Shown piece by piece: positions 1 through 10,552 of a stretch of 14,507 nt of DNA. The notes beneath the pieces were generated by a model, which saw only the letters and a program-made list of their open reading frames with translations, ran no database searches and was not told the origin of the DNA. Numbering within the stretch: the stretch's first letter is position 1; the number at the start of each line of letters is the position of its first letter. The position numbers were made by a program, and so were the translations under genes. This stretch comes from Tubiluchus corallicola (taxonomy: Eukaryota; Animalia; Priapulida): NCBI GenBank assembly GCA_030141605.1, contig JAQGDQ010002114.1, positions 1 to 14,507 on the forward strand, given 5' to 3'.

Positions 1-1
1 A

Positions 2-300
2 CTAGAGAGCAAAACTTGGTGCGAGTTACTTGGTCCAAAAGTAAGTACAAGCTGCCAGTCACTTCTCTATTGACTAACAGAAATGTCGAGATTAACTCGC
101 CAAGTAACTCGCAAGCGTGTTCAGGCTAGAGAATAAAATTTGCTAAGAGTTACTATACTGCAGTAGGCACGAACTGGCGCTCACTTCTTTATTCACTGCT
201 AAAAGTGAGGAGAGTAACTGCGTTCACACCAGACGGTAACTCAACTCGCAGCAATTGTCCGAGTGATTGCAATAACTTTTGCCGACAGTAACTTGCAAGG
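2..300. repeat. Degenerate ~125-bp repeat with GAGTTACT/AGTAACTC motifs
   Basis: ctagaga..aaaa.ttg...gagttact...tcacttct.tatt.act occurs at ~2 and ~126. There is a perfect 14-bp inverted pair, tgcgagttacttgg (20-33) and ccaagtaactcgca (100-113). Confidence 0.55.
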
Positions 301-534
301 CAGTTAACACTTGTCTGCTGTCAGAGAGAAAGCTCGCGGCAGGAAATAGGTAGTCTAAACTCTGCGTTACCCATGTTTTTGGTCGAGGTCTCGCCCAAAT
401 CGCTACTCATCTGGATGTTGTTCTTGTTGCTGTCTTCTATGGTGATGAACTTTTTGAAGAAATCCTAAGGCTCTGAGAATTTACAATGGATCTTCATAAA
501 TCTTTTGCATTGAATTTTGTATTGACAGACCGAG

Positions 535-705
535 ATGGATTTTTGATCCGCCATCTTGAATTTCATGATGGCAGCCATAATATTATTCTTGAAAAAAAAT
601 CCCAAAGCTCTGGCATTCGAAATGGATCGTAATAAAAAGAACATAGGAACTTTGCATAACCGGATTTTGAATTCGCCATCTTAAATTCAAGATGGCGGCA
701 GTGAT
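535..705. repeat. GCCATCTT/AAGATGGC motif cluster, probable interspersed repeat fragment (YY1-like motifs)
   Basis: ccgccatcttgaa at ~549, gatggcagccat at ~567, and a hairpin cgccatctt-aaattc-aagatggcg at 674-697. Confidence 0.5.
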
Positions 706-813
706 GTCATTTCTACTCTACAGTGTTGAGTTCAATAAGCAGTTCGCGTCGAACTTAACTTACTCTATTACTCAACTGACACACGTATTACAGTACATGC
801 TTCTCTGTTTCAG

Positions 814-1027
814 GCTTTTGGGTTTTTTGAAGTTGAACCGCACCCGGAATGTGCTTACGACCACATTGCCATCTATGACGGCAACAGCACGAAAGCCTTG
901 ACGCTAGGCAAGTTCTGTGGAAGTCGAATTCCTCATCCGATAGTTTCTTCTGGTAATGAACTCTTCATGACGTTCTTCTCTGATGCATCGGTGGAACGGC
1001 GGGGATTTCTAGCCAGACACATGTCAG
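814..1027 (+). CDS. BMP1/TLL: Tolloid/BMP1-like metalloprotease, internal exon (C-terminal part of CUB4)
   Basis: Acceptor ttctctgtttcag ends at 813 and donor G|gtattt starts at 1028. Translates AFGFFEVEPHPECAYDHIAIYDGNSTKALTLGKFCGSRIPHPIVSSGNELFMTFFSDASVERRGFLARHMS, with the CUB motifs ECAYDH, YDG, GKFCGS and FxSDxSVxRxGF as in BMP1/tolloid CUB4. Confidence 0.95.
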
Positions 1028-1134
1028 GTATTTATTGTTTCAGCATCTTTGATCACTGCTTGTCTGATAACGTTCTGTTAGTTTTTCAACTTGTTTTCAA
1101 TTGCTTTTCAGCAAATGAATGATTCTTTGATAAA

Positions 1135-1936
<802 letters not shown>

Positions 1937-1973
1937 TTAAATCGCAGGTTTACAAGTGTTTGTTCATTTCTAG

Positions 1974-2112
1974 TTTGTGGTGGGCAACTGCTTGCAACAC
2001 ATTATCCACAACAATTGTACTCCCATGCCAAATATGGTGATCAAAACTATGACAATGCAGCTAACTGTGATTGGACGATACTTGCCAAGGAAGATTACAT
2101 TATTAAAATTAG
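1974..2112 (+). CDS. BMP1/TLL: Tolloid/BMP1-like exon (start of CUB5)
   Basis: Acceptor ttcatttctag ends at 1973 and donor AG|gtaaaa starts at 2113. The phase-1 join gives (V)CGGQLLATHYPQQLYSHAKYGDQNYDNAANCDWTILAKEDYIIKI(R). The LYSHAxxGDxNY motif is characteristic of tolloid/BMP1 CUB5. Absent from the ORF track in this frame. Confidence 0.95.
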
Positions 2113-2244
2113 GTAAAAGGTTTTTGCCTGTATAGTGTAAACTATTATTAGATGCTATGATAACTAGTTTTAGAATGAATTCTGTGGCTGGTTGTCACTA
2201 TTCACCCACGAATGCACATAATCAAACAACCACGTACACGTTTA

Positions 2245-2560
2245 GACAGTCAGTCAGTCGACCAAGCAAGCAATAAGTCAATCAGTCAAGTCAGTCAAAC
2301 AAACAATCAATAAATAAATAAGTCAGTCAGTCAGTCAGTCATTCAATCAGTCAGTCAGTCAATAATCAATCAGTCAACCAATCAAAACAGTCAGTTAATC
2401 AATCATTCAGTCAATCAGTCAATAAATAAATCAGTCAATCAATCGTTCAGTCAATCAATCGATAAATCAAAGCAGTCGGTCGATCAATCATTCAGTCAAT
2501 CAATCTATTAATAAATCAGTCAATCAGTCAAAACAGTCAGTCAATTTGTCAGTGAATCAG
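2245..2560. repeat. Degenerate tetranucleotide microsatellite (CAGT/CAAT)n
   Basis: Intronic runs of cagt, caat and aaat. Confidence 0.92.
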
Positions 2561-2694
2561 ATAGCGAATATTACTGACAAATTTTCATGCCTTTTAGTGA
2601 TGCTCCTGCTAATGATGATGGTGATGACGGCGACTGTGATTAATGATGAATTATTTAAACTTATGATAATATCGTTATCTTTATTTTACTTTAG

Positions 2695-2806
2695 GTTCTA
2701 TTCTTTCGAAGTAGAAGACGAGAAAGATTGCAGTTATGACTATGTGGACATATTCGATGGTTGGGATGATAGCGCTGAATTCATTGGACGATTCTGTGGG
2801 AATAAG
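2695..2806 (+). CDS. BMP1/TLL: Tolloid/BMP1-like penultimate exon (middle of CUB5)
   Basis: Acceptor ttattttactttag ends at 2694 and donor AAG|gtttgt starts at 2807. The phase-2 join gives (R)[37 protein letters not shown]. Confidence 0.95.
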
Positions 2807-3636
2807 GTTTGTACGAAAGTTTGTGAGAACATACAGGGTGTTGGGATGATAGTGCTTAATTCATTGGACGATTCTGTGTAAATAAGGTTTGTACGAAAGT
2901 TTGTGAGAACATACAGGGTGTTGGGATGATAGTGCTGAATTCATTGGACGATTCTGTGGAAATAAGGTTTGTACGAAAGTTTGTGAGAACATACAGGGTG
3001 TTGGGATGATAGTGCTGAATTCATTGAACGATTCTGTGGAAATAAGGTTTGTACGAAAATTTGTGAGAACATACAGGGTGTTAGAATGACAGTGCTGAAT
3101 TCATTGGACGATTCTGTGGAAATAAGGTTTGTACGAAAGTTTGTGAGAACATAAAGGGTGTTGGGATGATAGCGCTGAATTCATTGAACGATTCTGTGGA
3201 AATAAGGTTTGTACGAAAGTTTGTGAGAACATACAGGGTGTTGGGATGATAGTGCTGAATTCATTGGACGATTCTGTGGAAATAAGGTTTGTACGAAAGT
3301 TTGTGAGAACATACAGGGTGTTAGAATGACAGTGCTGAATTCATTGGACGATTCTGTGGAAATAAGGTTTGTACGAAAGTTTGTGAGAACATACAGGGTG
3401 TTGGGATGATAGTGCTGAAATCATTGGACGATTCTGTGGAAATAAGGTTTGTACGAAAGTTTGTGAGAACATACAGGGTGTTAGAATGACAGTGCTGAAT
3501 TCATTGGACGATTCTGTGGAAATAAGGTTTGTACGAAAGTTTGTGAGAACATACAGGGTGTTGGGATGATAGTGCTGAATTCATTGGACGATTCTGTGGA
3601 AATAAGGTTTGTACGAAAATTTGTGAGAACATACAG
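2760..3636 (+). repeat. 80-bp tandem array, 11 copies, made of exon 3' end + splice donor + start of intron
   Basis: Unit ttgggatgatagtgctgaattcattggacgattctgtggaaataaggtttgtacgaaagtttgtgagaacatacagggtg starts at 2761, 2841 ... 3561 with an exact 80-bp period. The first copy overlaps the coding exon. Confidence 0.98.
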
Positions 3637-3747
3637 AATGTCTCAGTATCATTGTACATAATATCGTTACCTGGCAAGTTTAAGTAAAGAAAGTAAAATA
3701 AATAAACTAATTCTATACAGTGTATAGTAATTTTTTGAAACACCCTG
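3634..3747. mobile_element. Small Tc1/mariner-like MITE
   Basis: Right end tgaaacaccctg|TA (3736-3749). Left end TA|cagaatgtctca (3632-3645) matches its reverse complement cagggtgtttca at 9/12. TA flanks both ends, and CAGGGTG termini are typical of mariner-type elements. Confidence 0.6.
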
Positions 3748-3883
3748 TATCCACAAAATGTCTGCCAAGAGTAAATGCCAATATTAATTGAAAAATATAT
3801 TGAAATTGCTATGAATTAATGAACAAATTTTATCTCAACTTAAATGCTTCGCATTTTCTCACCTAGGTGTCGTTATTTTTCAG

Positions 3884-4024
3884 TTTCCGCCGGACTTCAC
3901 GTCATCAGGAGAGGCGATGTTAATTCGATTTCGTTCGGACGCCACTGTGAACGCTAAAGGTTTTGAACTGTCCTACATCTTAACAGACATGATTGGACGA
4001 CCGATTGATCACGTGGAGAAGTGA
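3884..4024 (+). CDS. BMP1/TLL: Tolloid/BMP1-like terminal coding exon (end of CUB5 and stop)
   Basis: Acceptor ttatttttcag ends at 3883, phase 0. Translates FPPDFTSSGEAMLIRFRSDATVNAKGFELSYILTDMIGRPIDHVEK, then TGA at 4022-4024. The FxSDxTVxxKGF motif completes the CUB domain. Confidence 0.93.
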   Translation, partial: FPPDFTSSGEAMLIRFRSDATVNAKGFELSYILTDMIGRPIDHVEK

Positions 4025-4054
4025 AAATCGCGGAGAATATTTTCTCTAAATAGA

Positions 4055-4060
4055 AATAAA
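4055..4060 (+). promoter_or_regulatory. Candidate proximal polyadenylation signal AATAAA
   Basis: Hexamer 30 nt after the stop codon; whether it is used cannot be seen from sequence. Confidence 0.3.
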
Positions 4061-4438
4061 AAGCCTTTTCACAGTTTCAGCGATTGATGATGATCGTTAA
4101 AAGGTCAAAGGTTAAGTGTACCAGACAACGCATTTGTGTACGCTTGACAACACCTTGCAGCCCATGCTGTTGTAATAGTAAGAGCTTTAACTCCTAGTTC
4201 ATTTTTTCTTGTTCCCGAGCAAGATCCTGCTAGTAAATCACTCTACGCACTCACTAATGCATAATTAAGCAAAGTCCACGTAAAACAACTGAAGTTACTG
4301 AACTGATGCAACAGACGACTTTGCTTTACCCATAGGTTTGTAGTTAAGATCCGTTGCTGTGGTACGCTTACGGTTTTCACTTATGACCTTTGACCTACAG
4401 CTACTGTGCGTGCGCACAACGAATCTGTGAAAAGGCTT
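4061..4438. mobile_element. MITE-like element with 14-bp terminal inverted repeats, just downstream of the stop codon
   Basis: aagccttttcacag (4061-4074) and ctgtgaaaaggctt (4425-4438) are perfect reverse complements. Subterminal inverted motifs are aggtcaaaggtta (4102-4114) and tgacctttgacct (4384-4396). No clear target-site duplication. Confidence 0.7.
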
Positions 4439-4679
4439 ACTATGAACAAGCCCAGATGCCCATAACTCTTACTTAATTTGTAACGGGAATGGGAAGTCTC
4501 CCTAATTGAACTTCACAGGATGGGCACGTACCACTAGTCAAAGACACAAAGTATCTACCCCTCCAAGGTGACCAAATTTCTTCTTACACCATAGTAAGCA
4601 CTTTGCAAGCGAGCATGTTAGCTGTATATTTAATGTCTCTCGTTGCCGTCAGGTGTCATTTATGAGGCAAAACGCAATT

Positions 4680-5090
4680 TCATAATGAACAAAATTGTTG
4701 CGCATGCGCATCTGCAATAGCAGTATACCTGCAAAAGATATTGTTTCATTATAATACAAAACTGCTGCGCAAGCACTACAATTGTAGCAGACATGCAAAG
4801 GTATTGTATCATTATGTAATGCAAAACTGTTGCGCATGCGCACTACAATAGTAGTAGAACTGCAAAAGGTTATGTTTCATTATGTTGTACTACAAAACTG
4901 TTGCGCATGCGCACTGCAATTGTAGTAGACCTGCAAAGGTATTGTATCATTATGTAATACAAAACTGTTGCGCAAGCGTACTACAATTGTAGCAGACGCA
5001 AAGGTATTGTATCATTATGTAATGCAAAACTGTTGCGCATGCGCACTACAATAGTAGTAGGCCTGCAAAGGTAATGCTTCATTATAATGC
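4680..5090. repeat. ~65-71-bp minisatellite, 6 copies, containing TGCGCATGCGCA palindromes
   Basis: Unit approximately caaaactgttgcgcatgcgcactacaattgtagtagacctgcaaaggtattgtatcattatgtaat. Cores at 4699, 4766, 4831, 4902, 4969 and 5034. Confidence 0.92.
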
Positions 5091-5638
5091 TAAAGGTTTT
5101 ATCAGAATTAGAAATCTTTGAAATTTCGCTTCACTTCATTTTGTATACCAAATCTACCCGCAGCTATAAATGGTTATATACCTATAGTAAAAATGCTATA
5201 TCTGAAATGATACATTTCATACTTAGTGTAGATAATAAATTGTTAGATATATCGTCAACTATCTTGTATGAATCATTTTTATGTAAATAGTATCTGTGTA
5301 TATTATGTGTTAGAAGTACTATTGCAAATATATGTCTGTCAAACACAAAAGTAGTTGGAAAACATCAAGATTTTTAGTTTACATTTTTAACTACATATAG
5401 TAGTACTTAGAATTTCAAATATATTTATTGCTGGAAAATATTGTAATTTAACCTAGTTATTCGCCTAGGCTTCAAATTTTTGTTTTGGATATTAATGGAA
5501 ACGCTTTTGTGATCAATTCTATACATATAATCAAATCAAATATTACATATAATAGTTTATATATCCATTAAATGTATGTGTATATTGATAAATTGTTAGA
5601 CGGTTGTTGTTAAATTGTAATGTAGGTGTCAAAATATT

Positions 5639-5644
5639 AATAAA
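5639..5644 (+). promoter_or_regulatory. Candidate distal polyadenylation signal AATAAA
   Basis: Lies at the end of a long AT-rich, UTR-like stretch and is followed by GT/T-rich sequence (ctgtgtatttttt near 5677). Confidence 0.4.
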
Positions 5645-5866
5645 CTGCTTAAATATATCTGTGTATCAACATAACGCTGTGTATTTTTACTAATTTCATT
5701 TCGAGGTCTAAGAATTTTTAGGTAAAATATCGTTTTGTTCCGACTGGTCAACCGAGTGACTGGACGATTAGATTAAAAAAGTTGGCTGAAAATTTCGGCT
5801 AGACTACTTGCAAATTTTAATGTAAAAAATCTTACAATTATTACAATTACGAATAGAAATTCAGCC

Positions 5867-6320
5867 TTTCAAACTAATTTGTATATTTTCGATTGAAAGA
5901 ATGAGAAAGAGGAAAAGAAAAAAGTCTGAGAAAAAATCACTCAATGGTTTTTTTACCCTTTTCCTTTAATTTTTCTGATTTTTTCACCTGATGATAAACT
6001 ACAACGACAGTTTTAAACTTCATATTTTCTTTCAACTGAAAGAATGAGAAGCAGGAAAAGAAAAAAGTCTCAGAAAAGATCCCATAAAATCACTCACATG
6101 GTTTTTTATCCTTTTCCTTTAATTTTTCTGTTTTTTTCCCCTGATGATAAACTACAACGACAGTTTCAAACAACTTTTGTGCCTTTTGAATTGAAAGAAT
6201 GAGAAAGAGGAAAAGAAAAAAGTCTCAGAAAAGATCCCATAAAATCACTCACATGGTTTTTTTACCCTTTTCCTTTAATTTTTCTAGTTTTTTCACCTGA
6301 TGATTAAATACGACAGTTTT
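5867..6320. repeat. ~145-155-bp tandem repeat, 3 copies
   Basis: tgaaagaatgagaa...ggaaaagaaaaaagtct...ccttttcctttaatttttct...cctgatgat...cgacagttt recurs at 5894, 6037 and 6192. Confidence 0.93.
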
Positions 6321-6461
6321 GTTTGCTAGGTAAAATTAGCTTGCCATTACTAAACACTTCTCTACGTAGGTATACAGTGCTGTATATTATGGACCTATAC
6401 CCGGAAATACCAATCTCTCATAATCACTTTCCTCTCCATACGCTTTCCTTTACCGGTGTTC

Positions 6462-6617
6462 TAACTGAACTGCTAACAGCACCTTCCCTTCTGTAGCCAA
6501 CTATCCCTCTTTTAAGTGCTAGGGTTAAAAGAACTGCTAACTTCATAACTGTACTGCTAACAGTACCTTCCCTTCTGCAGCCAACTAACCCTCTTTTAAG
6601 TGCTAGGGTTAAAAGAA
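6462..6617. repeat. 84-bp tandem duplication, 2 copies
   Basis: taactg.actgctaacag.accttcccttctg.agccaacta.ccctcttttaagtgctagggttaaaagaa at 6462 and 6546. Confidence 0.9.
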
Positions 6618-6861
6618 AGTGTTTGCTCTGATAAGACAATAAGGTAAGCTCACATTTACTACCATATATGGATATTTCATTTCACTGTGCCGTAAATAAA
6701 GGTTACATATTCGCTAGCGTCTGCCATTGCGTATCAGTGAAAATCGTAGATTAAATATTCCACAGAAAGCCGTAAGGGCAAAGTCCGTATTGCCTAGGGC
6801 TGGGTCTGTCTGAAGCAAGCCTTCTGCCAACCAAGGACTAATATTGGTGAGTCAAGTTTAA

Positions 6862-6950
6862 ATTAATTATTAATTAATATTATTATTATTATTATTATTA
6901 TGAGTTTATTTCGCATAAAAATATACAGTTTACAAAGATAAAGATGTTAG
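6862..6950 (-). mobile_element. Possible non-LTR retroposon 3' tail
   Basis: The minus strand reads ...tgtatatttttatgCGAAATAAActc(ata)n, a poly(A) signal followed by a microsatellite tail as in CR1/L2-type 3' ends. No coding remnant recognised. Confidence 0.3.
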
Positions 6951-7763
6951 TAAAATAGGTAATGCGATGTTAGTAAAGTAACATATCTACAGACATTCAA
7001 CTTTATTACTTTGTAAATTTCAGTACAATGTTTGAGACGGTAATTACAATTATGCAAAAATAAACATCAGAATAAGTTCAGGTGTAATTCCCTCTCCCCG
7101 CCCCCCGCGTACATCAAAGCTTACACGACACAATACCTGTGATTTTCAATTCATCATTGGCGTTTAGTTCTCACTGTAGCATAGCGTGTCCAGGTATTAT
7201 ACCTACATGCCCCGGATAAATGGTTAGACACACGTGGTAAGAGGAATCACGCACCTCTAATATTCACACCATTGTATTCAGCAGGGTTACGGACGGAAAC
7301 GAATACAATACGTTTGGACGTTACCCTGAAAATTAGAGACGGCAGACGAGGCGCAATTTCGCAGTGCGCGCATCACAGAGTTGAGCAGAAAATATCAAAT
7401 GAAATGCTGTTATGGTAATTGTAATATTTTGTGATTAGAAAGTTTTGCCATTGTATGTATACTGTACATTACCGTGAACGGATAGTGCCAGGCAAGAGGT
7501 TTGACTATGATCATTTTTTGTGATTTTGTTTCTGTTTTTCAGTGGCTTGTGAGAAGTTTATTTGTTGTTTGTTATTCGTGATACGAAGGACGAGTAACGA
7601 ACTTGCGGCTGTACTTTAATAAATTACCTTATAATTTACAATTTTATAAATTACAATTTGTTGTTTGTTCTTCGTCGAAACAAACAAGCCTGTTTGCGTT
7701 TTGTAGTTCATGAAAAGCAACGAACCAGATTCAGTTTTTCATTCGTGATTAAGTCATCGAAAT

Positions 7764-9269
7764 GTTACACCAACGAGGAACGTCCTTTTGTTTGTTACAC
7801 CAATGACGAACATCCTTTTGTTTGTTACACCAACGACGAACGTCCTTTTGTTTGTTACACCAATGACAAAACGTCCTTTTGTTTGTTACACCAATGACGA
7901 ACGTCCTTTTGTTTGTTACACCAATGACGAACGTCCTTTTGTTTGTTACACCAATGACGAACGTCCTTTTGTTTGTTACACCAACGAGGAACGTCCTTTT
8001 GTTTGTTACACCAATGACGAACGTCCTTTTGTTTGTTACACCAACGAGGAACGTCCTTTTGTTTGTTACACCAATGACGAACGTCCTTTTGTTTGTTACA
8101 CCAATGACGAACGTCCTTTTGTTTGTTACACCAATGATGAACATCATTTTGTTTGTTACACCAATGAAGAACATCATTTTGCTTGTTACACCAATGATGA
8201 ACATCATTTTGTTTGTTACACCAATGACGAACATCCTTTTGTTTGTTACACCAATGACGAACATCCTTTTTGCTTGTTACACCAATGATGAACATCATTT
8301 TGTTTGTTACACCAATGACAAAACGTCCTTTTGTTTGTTACACCAATTATGAACATCCTTTTGTTTGTTACACCAATGATGAACATCATTTTGTTTGTTA
8401 CACCAATGACGAAACGTCCTTTTGTTTGTTACACCAATGACAAAACGTCCTTTTGTTTGTTACACCAATTATGAACATCATTTTGTTTGTTACACCAATG
8501 ACAAAACGTCCTTTTGTTTGTTACACCAATGACAAAACGTCCTTTTGTTTGTTACACCAATGGCGAACATCATTTTGTTTGTTACACCAATGACGAACAT
8601 CCTTTTGTTTGTTACACCAATGACGAACATCCTTTTGTTTGTTACACCAATGACGAATATCATTTTGTTTGTTACACCAATGATGAACATCATTTTGTTT
8701 GTTACACCAATGACAAAACGTCCTTTTGTTTGTTACACCAATGACAAAACGTCCTTTTGTTTGTTACACCAATGACGAACATCCTTTTGTTTGTTACACC
8801 AATGACGAACATCCTTTTTGCTTGTTACACCAATGACGAACATCATTTTGCTTGTTACACCAATGACGAACGTCCATTTGCTTGTTACACCAATGACGAA
8901 CATCATTTTGCTTGTTACACCAATGACGAACGTCCATTTGCTTGTTACACCAATGACGAACATCATTTTGCTTGTTACACCAATGACGAACATCCTTTTG
9001 TCTGTTACACCAACGACGAACATCATTTTGCTTGTTACACCAATGAAGAACATCATTTTGCTTGTTACACCAATGAAGAACATCATTTTGCTTGTTACAC
9101 CAATGACGAACATCATTTTGCTTGTTACACCAATGACGAACATCATTTTGCTTGTTACACCAATGACGAACATCATTTTGTTTGTTACACCAATGACGAA
9201 CATCATTTTGTTTGTTACACCAATGACGAACATCATTTTTTGCACCAATAACTAACATCCTTTTGTTTG
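7764..9269. repeat. 30/31-bp minisatellite, about 50 copies
   Basis: Unit tgttacaccaatgacgaac(g/a)tc(c/a)ttttg(t/c)t, head to tail with no unique spacers. 31-bp variants (atgacaaaacgtcc) are interspersed. Confidence 0.98.
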
Positions 9270-9671
9270 GTGATGCTGGCCTGTTGCAAACGATTTATAT
9301 TATGTATTAAGAATTTTCTTTACATAAATTAATCATACAGGTAATCGTAGTGTTAAGTAATCTAACCTTGCAAGGATAATTCCTTTGGATATACTTTTCT
9401 ACCCACTTAAAGTTCGGACTATAATTATCCATGTCTGGTATAATCACATTCTGACCTGCATTATCCGTTTTTCTATGCAAACAAGAAATGCTTCAGTGCG
9501 TGATAGATGATGTTTGAGTTTGCGTTCAGGTATGTTTACAGTGTCACATGAATTACATGATACTTTGCATAGTTGAGCAAAAATTCATCTTTTTTCCCTT
9601 GAATTCCATTCATACTTTAAGTTGGAGTACCGAAGTTTGAACCTTTTGCAAGCATTTGTTGTCATCTTTGG

Positions 9672-10090
<419 letters not shown>

Positions 10091-10552
10091 GCTCTGTTTC
10101 TTTTTCATTCTCACTTTAATTTTTCTAATTCTTTTCTTACGCTGTCAAGATATGAAAATAAAACATCTTTGGTGTTTATAACACCGCTTAGTCACCTCAT
10201 TTTAAATCATTTTGATTTTGTATACATAAAAATAGCAAAAATAAATAGGCTTATATAAGTTTATATAACATAAGTAAATACATAAATAAACACGATTTGC
10301 AACAGAGAACGATTTTTAAATATTGCTTAAAGAAAGACAGGATGGTTTTTTCATATACTACCCCATTTTCAAGTTCAATAAAAAGTATACATTTTAACAC
10401 AATAATACTGCAAAAGCGTTTCTGATAATTAAATAATAGATTAAAAACTATTAAAAGCGAGCCGAACTATTGATGACATCACAAACTAACGTAATTTTCA
10501 ACATCAAAAATATTCCACGCGCGTGTTGCACGTGCGACGGCGGAAATTGAAC

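Noticed and set aside
692-901. 69-aa ORF
   Set aside because: Starts in an intronic repeat and overlaps the true exon out of frame.
2760-3636. 80-bp array as CRISPR or as genuine duplicated coding exons
   Set aside because: There are no variable spacers. Units lack the exon's acceptor and 5' half, and 80 is not a multiple of 3.
3854-3883. Alternative acceptor ttttctcacctag ending at 3866
   Set aside because: It is 17 nt upstream of the in-frame acceptor and would frameshift the conserved CUB5 end.
4649-6639. Short ORFs 4649-4843, 5087-5290 and 6424-6639
   Set aside because: They lie in tandem repeats or AT-rich UTR-like DNA and have no domain features.
7085-7620. GC-box-like tract (7091-7110) and a strong-looking acceptor tttctgtttttcag (~7542), suggesting a neighbouring gene start
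   Set aside because: No coherent exon chain or ORF follows, and such isolated motifs are expected by chance.
7764-9269. CRISPR-like appearance of ~30-bp repeats, and repeat-protein ORFs on both strands
   Set aside because: Units are contiguous with no unique spacers, there are no cas genes and the context is eukaryotic. The ORFs are open on both strands and are broken by 31-bp units.
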